Below are positions 1 through 7,273 of a stretch of 36,494 nucleotides of DNA, in pieces. Source of the DNA: a virus. The stretch lies in UHGV virus genome UHGV-0309737. One strand, written 5' to 3'. Both the position numbers and the translations under genes were made by a program. The notes beneath the pieces are model-generated. The model was given only the letters and a program-made list of their open reading frames with translations, did not search any database and was not told where the DNA came from. How positions within the stretch are numbered: position 1 is the first letter of the stretch; the number at the start of each line of letters is the position of its first letter.

Positions 1-33
1 GCTGTGTGGGTTCAAGTCCCACTCCGGGTACCA
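1..33 (+). tRNA. 3' portion of tRNA-Leu (T-arm, acceptor stem, CCA), 5' part lies upstream of window; attL core
   Basis: gctgtgtGGGTTCAAGTCCCactccgggtaCCA matches the 3' end of enterobacterial tRNA-Leu(UAA) (leuZ-type) with two compensatory T-stem changes; CCA at 31-33. Confidence 0.75.
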
Positions 34-76
34 TTGGGATAAAGTAGAATAATCAAAGCAATAAGCAGTGTCGTGA

Positions 77-98
77 AACCACCTCCGGGTGGTTTTTT
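77..98 (+). terminator. Intrinsic terminator downstream of tRNA
   Basis: stem ACCACC/GGTGGT, loop TCCG, followed by TTTTTT. Confidence 0.7.
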
Positions 99-162
99 CA
101 TTTCTGAAACGTCATTTCCGAAGATGCGTCCGAAGATGGTTTTTCTACGAACGCATAGCGAT

Positions 163-1209
163 TCATTTTTTCTGACCGCCAACAACCGGCACAATTTTAG
201 TTTTCCTGTCATAAATCGCCGTTTGTCTCGAATTCTTATGACCAGAAATTGCCTGCTTCTCCTCGAGGCTTCCTTCCAGATCAGAGACACCTTTAGCCTT
301 CAGATCGTGAAATGTGAAGTCTATCTGCAGGTGTGGGTACTTCTCCTGTGCTGCAATTTTGGCTTCGCGCCAGCGTGAATTAAAACCGTCGCGAGTGTAT
401 TTACTGCCGCTGGTCTGGTGAATGACGAACAGGCTACGGATACCCGGCTTTAACGGCAGGGAACGGGCGAGGGCGACGGCAGCGCGGAGGCGTGGCGACC
501 ATGCCTTGATTTGCTTCACGCCTGTTTTCCCCTGGCGGATAAATATCCCGGTTTCCCGTATCTGGTCTTCAGTTAAAGCCAGCACATCGCTTTGTCTGGC
601 CAGACACAAATAAGCTATTTCCATGGTGGCGCGCACTACGTCCGGAGCAACATCGTAAACCGCTTTGTATTCTTCGTCGGTGATGTAACGCTCTCGGGCT
701 GTCTCTTTGAACTTCTTAACGCCCTGGCAGGGATTGTGCTGGACGTAACCCCGCTCGTAACCCCAGCGGAATACCCGCGAGAGAAAACTCTTTTCCCGGT
801 TGGCCTGCGTTTTACTGGCAATACCACGTTGATCCATATATCGCCGGATGTGTTCTGGTTTAATTTTATCAGGGTTAACTTTCCCGAATACTGGCAATAC
901 TTTTCCTGCGTATTTCGTATAGTCTTTTCTGGTTTCTGCCGCTAAATCCTGCCAGTCTGGAGACGCCATAAACTGCTCTGTGAGCGCCTGGAACGTTTTT
1001 CTTTCTGTCACTTCACCGACAGCTTTTTCATATGCCAGCCATACAGCGGATTGTGGTTCATTTAACCCACTCAGGCGGATCCCTTTGTTGTCTTTCGTAC
1101 GGAATTCAAATGCAGCCTTGCCCCGGTATACTCGCGGGGGCATCCAACTATCGGCAGGATTCTTTCGCTTTCCGGCCATCGAATATAGCTCCAAAATCAG
1201 GTTCGTCAT
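163..1209 (-). CDS. int: Tyrosine recombinase / phage integrase
   Basis: 348-aa ORF adjacent to tRNA att site; C-terminal catalytic region (...HDLKAKG...GH..SRQTAIYD...Y...) typical of lambda/P4-type integrases. Confidence 0.9.
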   Translation of the reverse strand: MTNLILELYSMAGKRKNPADSWMPPRVYRGKAAFEFRTKDNKGIRLSGLNEPQSAVWLAYEKAVGEVTERKTFQALTEQFMASPDWQDLAAETRKDYTKYAGKVLPVFGKVNPDKIKPEHIRRYMDQRGIASKTQANREKSFLSRVFRWGYERGYVQHNPCQGVKKFKETARERYITDEEYKAVYDVAPDVVRATMEIAYLCLARQSDVLALTEDQIRETGIFIRQGKTGVKQIKAWSPRLRAAVALARSLPLKPGIRSLFVIHQTSGSKYTRDGFNSRWREAKIAAQEKYPHLQIDFTFHDLKAKGVSDLEGSLEEKQAISGHKNSRQTAIYDRKTKIVPVVGGQKK

Positions 1210-1411
1210 TTTCGTGCGTTATATCTTCCTTCTGGCCGCGGTACTTGATCGGGTTCAGGAAGTGGCCCCATGTGGTTTTAGGGTGGCCATCTGCTCTTTC
1301 CATAAAGAAGATGCCGGCCCGGCGCAGCGCCTCACATTGTTTTGATTTAAGTGGCGTCCCCGTCAGCTCGATCATTTCCTCTCTGGTGATGATGTCGTGA
1401 TCGTGTCTCAT
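1148..1411 (-). CDS. xis: Excisionase-like (Xis) small DNA-binding protein
   Basis: 87 aa, overlaps int start, MIELTGTPLKSKQCEALRRAGIFF... resembles lambdoid excisionase/DUF1233-type; preceded by GAGGAAAGACCATG cassette. Confidence 0.7.
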   Translation of the reverse strand: MRHDHDIITREEMIELTGTPLKSKQCEALRRAGIFFMERADGHPKTTWGHFLNPIKYRGQKEDITHENDEPDFGAIFDGRKAKESCR

Positions 1412-1601
1412 GGTCTTTCCTCAGCATGCCGGCTATAGCGTTGTCTGCTGCATCGCAAGCGCGCTGGATATCGGACTGGGTCAGAGTCCTCTTTCTAACG
1501 CTGGCTGATAGCCTGCCAATTTTGATATCGAATTCTGAAAGTAAAACTACACCTGGTTGCCAACGTAGCATTGTGATCTCCGGTTTATTGGTAGACCACA
1601 A
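1347..1601 (-). CDS. Hypothetical small protein (start uncertain; internal ATG near 1571 more likely than TTG at 1601)
   Basis: ORF only; overlaps xis by 65 nt. Confidence 0.25.
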   Translation of the reverse strand: MWSTNKPEITMLRWQPGVVLLSEFDIKIGRLSASVRKRTLTQSDIQRACDAADNAIAGMLRKDHETRSRHHHQRGNDRADGDAT

Positions 1602-1620
1602 TGCTATCGGTAGTGATGGG

Positions 1621-1806
1621 TTATTTCTGATTACGCTTAATCAGGTTTTGTTCCGGTCGGAATGCGCCATCTTCACGCGTAATCTTGATATTACGAGGGA
1701 AGTGCATGCCGAGTTCGCAACGGGCCCGTGCTTCGATAATTGCATTGGTTCCATCTGGTAAAACGACATGAACCGCATCACCTTTCTTCAGGGATAGTCT
1801 CAGCAT
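1621..1806 (-). CDS. Small CsrA-like (carbon storage regulator fold) RNA-binding protein, putative
   Basis: 61 aa; MLRLSLKKGDAVHVVLPDG...ELGMHFPRNIKITRED aligns to the CsrA pattern MLILTRRVGE...IGVNAPKEVSVHREE (five short beta strands, conserved Pro and RE(E/D)); from memory only. Confidence 0.4.
   Translation of the reverse strand: MLRLSLKKGDAVHVVLPDGTNAIIEARARCELGMHFPRNIKITREDGAFRPEQNLIKRNQK
1626..1643. repeat. 18-bp palindromic element TCTGATTACGCTTAATCA (copy 1)
   Basis: identical to 6541-6558; overlaps stop codon of CsrA-like gene. Confidence 0.8.
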
Positions 1807-1807
1807 A

Positions 1808-2374
1808 TCAGCGCACCTGCAGTGAACGTTCGCCTATTTCAATATGGGCGCCCGGAACAGGGTTTAAGAGCTCTTCCGGGATTTCCCCACCATCTGCGCT
1901 AATCTGAGCCGCTGCCGCTTCTGCTGACTCGATAGCCTCTTTGATTGCCTTTTTGTCAGGCGCAACTACTGTCTGAACAGTCACCAATTCATCCGGGAGT
2001 AAATCAACGTTATCGATCACCACGTTGATTGCACCTTTACGGGCGGTGAAGGTGTTTTTTGCCGTTTTTACGGTATCCTGTCCGGCGGCCAACAGGCACT
2101 GGAGAACATATTTCTTCAGGTTGGTGATCTTACCTTCGAAAGACTTTTTACGGGCGGCCAGGCGTTTGGCTTCTTCGTCGCAGGTTTTCGCCAGACCTTC
2201 AAGGTTGCGAACGTGGACGAATACCGCGTCCAGTTTGTCGCCGAGCTGCAGCTCGAGCCCCTCCATTGTATCGGCGATCATTTCAGCTGACAGACCAGAA
2301 CCGTCTTCGTTTTCAAGAAGCGCCTGGAGTTTAGACATATCAGCAGCGATAGCAATTGCGGTTGTGGAAGTCAT
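1808..2374 (-). CDS. Sipho_Gp157-family protein (accessory protein of phage recombination modules)
   Basis: 188 aa; coiled-coil N-terminus, conserved ...PDKKAIKEAIESAE...GERSLQVR C-terminus typical of Gp157 family; stop overlaps start of downstream recombinase. Confidence 0.7.
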   Translation of the reverse strand: MTSTTAIAIAADMSKLQALLENEDGSGLSAEMIADTMEGLELQLGDKLDAVFVHVRNLEGLAKTCDEEAKRLAARKKSFEGKITNLKKYVLQCLLAAGQDTVKTAKNTFTARKGAINVVIDNVDLLPDELVTVQTVVAPDKKAIKEAIESAEAAAAQISADGGEIPEELLNPVPGAHIEIGERSLQVR

Positions 2375-4518
2375 TATGCTTTCTCCTCGGCTTTATTCAG
2401 TTCTTTGATGCGGCCGTCTTTAATCGTAATGAGTCGGCGCAAGCGGCCAGACAGATAGCGTTCATGTTGCGCGTCACCGTTGGCCTGTGCGGCCTTAATG
2501 TGAACATCGATTTCACGTGCGATAGGGGAGAACACGCCGTTTATTTCGTTCACTGTCACGCCATGTGCCAGAGTGTTAGCAACACGGCTGAGTTTGTCGT
2601 CGAATTCCTGGCGAAGACGTACTGCGTCTTCTGCGGTTTCGCTGGCATTCTTCAGATCAAACTCTGCCTTGTTTCTCTGGCGGTATTCCAGATTGTCGTA
2701 AAGGCCCATGAAGATATCGCCACTGAAGCCGAGGCCAGATAAAGCCTTTTTGGTTGCATCAGTCAGCGATTTTTTTGTTGCCTCACCATCGCAGGTGATC
2801 CCGTACTTACTGCCGTAAATGTATGGCGTGCAACCGTAGGCCGTTTCCTCGCCGCGCACACCATTCAGGATGTACCAGAGTCGCACGGTAACGACGTGAT
2901 GCTGCTCGTTGACGGTATTTCCATTCCCGTCGAGCACTAACTCCCATGATGCATTGTTATCTTTCCCTTTCACCTGGCGTGTAATGGGGGCGCCGATATC
3001 GAAACGTTCCTCGAGGATGTCCACACCCCAGCCGATTCCCTTTGGCCCAAACTCGCGAGTGGCAAGCATGGTTAAATAGGTACCGTTGATCGAGGTACCG
3101 CCGCCGTTCTGCGTAAAGGCTTTAGTAAACCGTTCATCAGTTTTGAATACACGTTTCCACAGTTCTAAATTGTCCTGTCCGATACTCTGTGCGCCGGCAG
3201 ACTTCATTACTTCTTCAGCGTCAGGCAGTCTTTCAGCATGAATAATTTGCTTTGCCAGCACCTCGGCGTTATCAGCTATTGTTTCCGCTTTAGCGCTTAA
3301 CTTCTCTACTGGCTGTTCTGCATCACCAGAGGCATATACGCCATAGCCCATATCGTTGAGCGTCTCACGCGCCTGTTTGGCCTGGGTATCGGTTACCACC
3401 GGCTGTGGCGCTTCCGCTTTTTCGACCACGTTTGAGGTGGTATTTTGCGTTGCCTCTGGTTGTTTAACGGATCCTGTCTCGGTTTCTTCAAAGCGGCCGT
3501 TTGCTTCCAGCCATGAATCAATGTGGCGGCGTAGGCTGTCAGGGAAATGGTAGGTATCTTTTGCCGGTACGTTCTGCACTACGCCAAAAATACTGTCTCG
3601 GTCATATTTGAGAATGTGCTCCGTGGTGCGAAGCGCCATTGACCAACGTTTAAAATCTTCGCGCTCGTCTGCAATGATTTTCTCAGCATCGCGAAGGTTT
3701 CCTGATAATACTGGCGCGTCGGGAGAAATAGGGAGTAGGGCGACAGCGATCTCCTGATCCAGTGTTGCATAGGTATGTTTATAACCACGTTTTGGCGCGA
3801 TTTTAACGTTGGTATCAGTGCTGGCGGCGCCGAGTGAGGAATTTTGGCCTGGTACCATTTCTTCACGTTTGCCAGGATTCTCAAGCCAGCGTTTTACAAA
3901 TTGAGAAATAGCCGCTTTGCCCGGAGTCTGGTTTTCAAAATGGGAGAAAATGCCCTGAATAAGATTATTCAGCCCTTCAACATGCATGTGCTTAACTGGT
4001 TCGTTATTGTGCAGAGCACACAGAACGTTAAGGTTAAAACGATCTTCTTCTTCCAGTTCTGTATCACGGTTATTCAGGTTATCCAGATAATCCACAACCT
4101 GAGAATAAAGATGGCCATCAATTGCCGCGGTACTAAACAGCAGGACGGCAGCAAAGCGTTCGCCAGGAGAAACAGTCATCAGATCGATAACATCATCACC
4201 AGTGGGTAAATTTGATTCCTCACCGGCGGTACCGTTCGCGGCGATGGAAACCCATTTTTCACCGTCGAAAGTATGTTGCTGGGCGAATAGCTCGTCGAAC
4301 TGGCCAACGGTCGGCAGCGGCTGGCCTTCTTCGTGTTCCCACAGCTTCGGTTTAAAATAGTTGTCACCGTTCGCCGGGTAAGATTCCCAGAGTTTGCCGG
4401 TGATAATGCTTTCGGCGATTTTCTTGTTTGGTGCTTCGACGGCGATCGCCAGCTGCACGGCGCCGCAGTCTTTGATAGCCGATTTTTTTGGCTCGAATAA
4501 GCCGTTGTAGATGGTCAT
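2374..4518 (-). CDS. 714-aa recombination protein: C-terminal Rad52/Sak-type single-strand annealing domain with a ~450-aa N-terminal domain of unknown function
   Basis: Motif ...EETAYGCTPYIYG...EATKKSLTDATKKALSGLGFSG... matches Rad52/Sak signature (EAVTDALKRALRSFGNALG); position equals lambdoid bet/erf slot; GAGGAAAGACCAATG start cassette. Confidence 0.6.
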   Translation of the reverse strand: MTIYNGLFEPKKSAIKDCGAVQLAIAVEAPNKKIAESIITGKLWESYPANGDNYFKPKLWEHEEGQPLPTVGQFDELFAQQHTFDGEKWVSIAANGTAGEESNLPTGDDVIDLMTVSPGERFAAVLLFSTAAIDGHLYSQVVDYLDNLNNRDTELEEEDRFNLNVLCALHNNEPVKHMHVEGLNNLIQGIFSHFENQTPGKAAISQFVKRWLENPGKREEMVPGQNSSLGAASTDTNVKIAPKRGYKHTYATLDQEIAVALLPISPDAPVLSGNLRDAEKIIADEREDFKRWSMALRTTEHILKYDRDSIFGVVQNVPAKDTYHFPDSLRRHIDSWLEANGRFEETETGSVKQPEATQNTTSNVVEKAEAPQPVVTDTQAKQARETLNDMGYGVYASGDAEQPVEKLSAKAETIADNAEVLAKQIIHAERLPDAEEVMKSAGAQSIGQDNLELWKRVFKTDERFTKAFTQNGGGTSINGTYLTMLATREFGPKGIGWGVDILEERFDIGAPITRQVKGKDNNASWELVLDGNGNTVNEQHHVVTVRLWYILNGVRGEETAYGCTPYIYGSKYGITCDGEATKKSLTDATKKALSGLGFSGDIFMGLYDNLEYRQRNKAEFDLKNASETAEDAVRLRQEFDDKLSRVANTLAHGVTVNEINGVFSPIAREIDVHIKAAQANGDAQHERYLSGRLRRLITIKDGRIKELNKAEEKA

Positions 4519-4550
4519 TGGTCTTTCCTCGTTTGTAACTAATTCGCTGG

Positions 4551-4835
4551 TTAGGCGTCTTGTTTAATTTCAGGGAGCAGTCCAGCGATCACGCGTTCTG
4601 CCGTATTTTTTGCTTCTTCCAACTGCTTTAGTTCGCTTTCGAGATGAACCTTTTGGCTTTCTGCCAGTTCTTTAATTTCTGATGAATCGACCTTGAGATA
4701 GCACTCGCCGTTTCTACCTTCAGCTAAAATCCCGGAGGAGCGGCATTCGTTACTGCAAATATTGATAATTCTGTTTGCGCGATCTAAGCGGTCTTTAATT
4801 TCGCGAATTCTTTCAAGCAATTTTCTAATATCCAT
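4551..4835 (-). CDS. Hypothetical coiled-coil protein
   Basis: 94 aa ORF with GAGGAAAGACCATG start cassette. Confidence 0.5.
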   Translation of the reverse strand: MDIRKLLERIREIKDRLDRANRIINICSNECRSSGILAEGRNGECYLKVDSSEIKELAESQKVHLESELKQLEEAKNTAERVIAGLLPEIKQDA

Positions 4836-4878
4836 GGTCTTTCCTCTTGGTTGCAGGCGCAGGTCACGCGCCAGTTAA

Positions 4879-5202
4879 TTAAAACGGTACGTCGCTTTCT
4901 TCAATCGGAGAGTGGTCGATGCACAGCAGCTGCTGGATCTGGTCTTCAATAACGCTTAACTGTTTGTTGGCATCAGCAGATATTTGCTCTTTCTTCGCGC
5001 GAAGGGCATTAACCTGCATCCCGATAATATCGATAGGCTCTAAAGCAGGAATGGCAATCTCTACCGTTTTGGTAGTAACAAGCACGTACGAATCAGGATA
5101 TTTCTGTGACATGTCACAGGTGAATGAGTGATAAGACGTTGGTAGATATGGATTGGTTGTTGCCATAACGTAGATAGTTACGGGGATGGTAAGCGCTTCC
5201 AT
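4879..5202 (-). CDS. Hypothetical protein (first gene of leftward operon)
   Basis: ATG at 5202 with AAGGAG SD (MEALTIPVTIYV...); six-frame track extends it to a GTG at 5289 adding an Arg-rich N-terminus (see findings). Confidence 0.5.
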   Translation of the reverse strand: MEALTIPVTIYVMATTNPYLPTSYHSFTCDMSQKYPDSYVLVTTKTVEIAIPALEPIDIIGMQVNALRAKKEQISADANKQLSVIEDQIQQLLCIDHSPIEESDVPF

Positions 5203-5321
5203 AGCGACTCCTTGGTGATGTATACTCAGAGCCGATCGGCGACTCTGTCGTTGGTCTTTCCTCGCTACAGGGTTGGTCCCCTGTAGCACTCCTGGCGGAT
5301 TGGTCTCCGCTGGGGTAAATC

Positions 5322-5344
5322 AGCCCACTCCGGTGGGCTTTTTT
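5322..5344 (+). terminator. Intrinsic terminator, plus-strand orientation
   Basis: AGCCCAC-tccg-GTGGGCT followed by TTTTTT. Confidence 0.6.
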
Positions 5345-5357
5345 ACGCCTGAAGGTT

Positions 5358-5548
5358 GCCGGTCTTTCCCGGCTGTCAGGATGGTCAGTCCCATTGGTCT
5401 TTCCTCGTTACCGTGTGAAAAAAATGCCCCGGGCGCCGGGGCCAAGACTACACACAGCAATTCACATTCGTTGCGGTCTTTCCCGCATGTCATCGTACTG
5501 TCGGCGACCCGAAGAATTCTTGCCCGTCTTTCCGGACTGTCAGAACTG
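5358..5548 (-). repeat. Three ~28-bp direct repeats (GGTCTTTCC(C/G)G-N2-TGTCAG...) in PL leader region; each forms a small hairpin with GGAAAGA loop on the leftward transcript
   Basis: 5358-5388 gccGGTCTTTCCCGGcTGTCAGgatGGTCAG; 5473-5504 gcGGTCTTTCCCGCaTGTCAtcgtacTGTCGG; 5523-5548 cccGTCTTTCCGGacTGTCAGaactg. Confidence 0.7.
5418..5442 (-). terminator. Intrinsic terminator, minus-strand orientation, inside the PL leader
   Basis: 7-bp GC stem GCCCCGG-GCG-CCGGGGC; A-run 5418-5425 on plus strand gives a T-run after the stem on minus strand. Confidence 0.7.
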
Positions 5549-5586
5549 TTTCTGAACAACTGCCGCGTGGTTAGTGCGTCGTTGAT

Positions 5587-5645
5587 GTGGTGAATATTAA
5601 TAATGATAATATTATTGGTCAACATTAAAATATTAATAACGACAA
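5587..5645 (-). promoter_or_regulatory. Putative PL promoter with OL operators
   Basis: minus strand TTGACC(5617-5622 rc)-17 bp-TAATAT(5594-5599 rc); operator motif AATATTAATAA(T/C)G at 5593-5605 and 5629-5641, same motif as at OR. Confidence 0.55.
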
Positions 5646-5675
5646 TATTTTTTGTATGACGTTGATAAATTTAGA

Positions 5676-5704
5676 CAAAAAAAATCCCAGCGCGAAGCTG
5701 GGAT
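5676..5704 (-). terminator. Intrinsic terminator downstream of repressor gene
   Basis: minus strand: ATCCCAGC-ttcgc-GCTGGGAT followed by TTTTTTTT. Confidence 0.75.
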
Positions 5705-5726
5705 CGTTGTCACTTGAGGGGAGGCG

Positions 5727-6182
5727 TTATTGCTTTCGTGTGGCTAGTAACTCTCTAAATAAACGATCAAAACCTTCCACTTTCTCTTTTAAATCAGATA
5801 AATGCCGTTCTTTTTCGCTCTGTGGTAGTCTTTCATACAAATCAATGAGTTCTGCATGTTCTGGGCTAAGTAGCTTCCAGCCTGGCCCTGATCGATCTTC
5901 TAGATACTCACCTGACTTTCTAACGTAATTCATCATTTCAGCCAGATCAGGCCGAATCTCTTCTGGTTTCACTCCAAGAAGTGAGGCGAATTTTAAAGTG
6001 GCATCGGTATTTAGTGGCGTAGTGCCATTTAAGTAATGGCTTACTGACGCCTGCGTGCTGAAGCCAAGCACCTCCGCTGCCTTCTCCTGAGTCAGACGTA
6101 AAGTTACTTTTTTTTCGTTCCAGATTTCACGAAGGCGTTTAGCTGCTTCGCGTTCAACGGCGTCAATGGTTTTCTTTCTCAT
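5727..6182 (-). CDS. Prophage repressor, XRE-family HTH (CI-analogue) lacking S24/LexA-like peptidase domain
   Basis: 151 aa; N-terminal HTH (LTQEKAAEVLGFSTQASVSHYLNG); divergent from cro-like gene; C-terminal 90 aa have no Ser/Lys peptidase motifs. Confidence 0.8.
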   Translation of the reverse strand: MRKKTIDAVEREAAKRLREIWNEKKVTLRLTQEKAAEVLGFSTQASVSHYLNGTTPLNTDATLKFASLLGVKPEEIRPDLAEMMNYVRKSGEYLEDRSGPGWKLLSPEHAELIDLYERLPQSEKERHLSDLKEKVEGFDRLFRELLATRKQ

Positions 6183-6229
6183 GGAGGCATGTTATTCGCA
6201 AAATTAATCAAACTCTAAGGTCATTGGTA

Positions 6230-6265
6230 TTGACGAAAAATATTAACGTTATTAATATTCATAAT
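6230..6265 (+). promoter_or_regulatory. Putative PR promoter with palindromic OR operator
   Basis: TTGACG(6230-6235)-17 bp-TAATAT(6253-6258); operator AATATTAACG/CGTTATTAATATT 6239-6259 (inverted copies of the OL motif). Confidence 0.6.
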
Positions 6266-6285
6266 GTTCAATCACAGAGGCCTTA

Positions 6286-6522
6286 ATGATGAAACTGAAA
6301 GACTACTTAAAAACATCTGGTGTTCGTCAGCATGAGTTCGCCGTACTAGTTGGGAAAACTCAAGGCTATGTAAGCCGAATCGCTGCTGGGGAATGCTTTC
6401 TGTCTGCTGCATCAGCATTGGTATGGTCAGCAGCAACTAATTACCAGGTAACTCCACACGATCTGCTCCCAAGCATTTATCGGAAGCCAACCGATGGACT
6501 ACCAGAACAGGATGCAGCTTAA
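6286..6522 (+). CDS. Cro-like HTH regulator (YdaS/Cro family)
   Basis: 78 aa, HTH (VRQHEFAVLVGKTQGYVSRIAAG), divergent to repressor. Confidence 0.75.
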   Translation: MMKLKDYLKTSGVRQHEFAVLVGKTQGYVSRIAAGECFLSAASALVWSAATNYQVTPHDLLPSIYRKPTDGLPEQDAA

Positions 6523-6540
6523 CAATCTGCGTGATCTAAA

Positions 6541-6558
6541 TCTGATTACGCTTAATCA
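6541..6558. repeat. 18-bp palindromic element TCTGATTACGCTTAATCA (copy 2); identical copy at 1626-1643
   Basis: exact 18/18 identity; inverted half-sites TGATTA/TAATCA. Confidence 0.8.
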
Positions 6559-6582
6559 ATTTTCAGCGACAGGAGACGCGAA

Positions 6583-7029
6583 GTGGAGAACCTCGAGGAA
6601 CTGAAACGAGAGATATTCAGCTGGGCAGCTGAAAGCGGGCAGGAGCTGGTTGCTATCGAGATAAGCCGTATGTGGTTTCGTCTCGGTGGTAACACCGGCG
6701 TGCTGAAGCTGCACCAGATTGAAGATGCAGACGGAAATGCAGACTGGCGGGCCATCAACAATAACCGCCAACAGATTTTTCGCTGGCTGCGTGGTGAGAC
6801 GAAAGCGGCCAGAACTAAAACCCAGACGCTGGCTAAAGCGATGGAAGCGGCACTGCCGGCAGAACGCTACGCGCGCCTGGACATGTCCACCCAGTATTTG
6901 ATCTGCGTCGCTATACGCGAATTTGCGGCGGCCATTATCGCGTTATTGCTCGAGGCCAGAGACGGCCCGCAGCAAGTCGCGAAGGCATTGCAAGCGATGC
7001 GAGAAACACAGCGCCTGACCAGCGTTTAA
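6583..7029 (+). CDS. YdaT-like (CII-analogue) regulator
   Basis: 148 aa following Cro-like gene as in Rac ydaS-ydaT; ...RQQIFRWLRGETK... resembles YdaT ...QKIFRWVEKDT...; GTG start. Confidence 0.6.
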   Translation: MENLEELKREIFSWAAESGQELVAIEISRMWFRLGGNTGVLKLHQIEDADGNADWRAINNNRQQIFRWLRGETKAARTKTQTLAKAMEAALPAERYARLDMSTQYLICVAIREFAAAIIALLLEARDGPQQVAKALQAMRETQRLTSV

Positions 7030-7049
7030 CCTGTACCGAGGAAAGACCA

Positions 7050-7271
7050 ATGAGAACACAAGACCGCATCACCTGGCGGAACGGGTTTCGCCGGAACGGG
7101 GTACAAGTCCCGATGGAAGATATCGAATCGATTTTCGAAGAACGTCGCACAGCTGCGCTGACAATCTGGGAGCGCTACGAATTACGCAAAGCAGTCCTGC
7201 AGGAAGCGGGGCTCACCCAGAAAGAATACGAAATCGCCTGCCGCCAGCTGGCTGACTCGCTGGGGATCTGA
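7050..7271 (+). CDS. Hypothetical protein
   Basis: 73 aa; ACCGAGGAAAGACCAATGA start cassette. Confidence 0.5.
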   Translation: MRTQDRITWRNGFRRNGVQVPMEDIESIFEERRTAALTIWERYELRKAVLQEAGLTQKEYEIACRQLADSLGI

Positions 7272-7273
7272 CG

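Noticed and set aside
12-378. ORFs 12-290 (minus strand) and 73-378 (plus strand)
   Set aside because: They overlap the tRNA 3' end, its terminator and the integrase C-terminus, so they are spurious.
4879-5289. Long (136-aa) form of first leftward gene starting at GTG 5289
   Set aside because: No usable SD is present, because AGGA directly abuts the GTG, and the start lies inside a perfect palindrome. ATG 5202 with an AAGGAG SD is preferred; the Arg-rich extension is noted only as a remote N-like possibility.
5358-5548. Possible CRISPR-like array
   Set aside because: There are only three imperfect repeats with irregular spacing of 85 and 20 bp, and no cas genes. The repeats sit in a promoter leader, so regulatory direct repeats fit better.
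5320-5625. 101-aa minus-strand ORF spanning the PL leader
   Set aside because: It begins inside the AT-rich operator/promoter, and it would have to be translated through two intrinsic terminator hairpins and the direct repeats. It is more likely non-coding; only the last 24 codons (5398 downward) carry the conserved initiation cassette.
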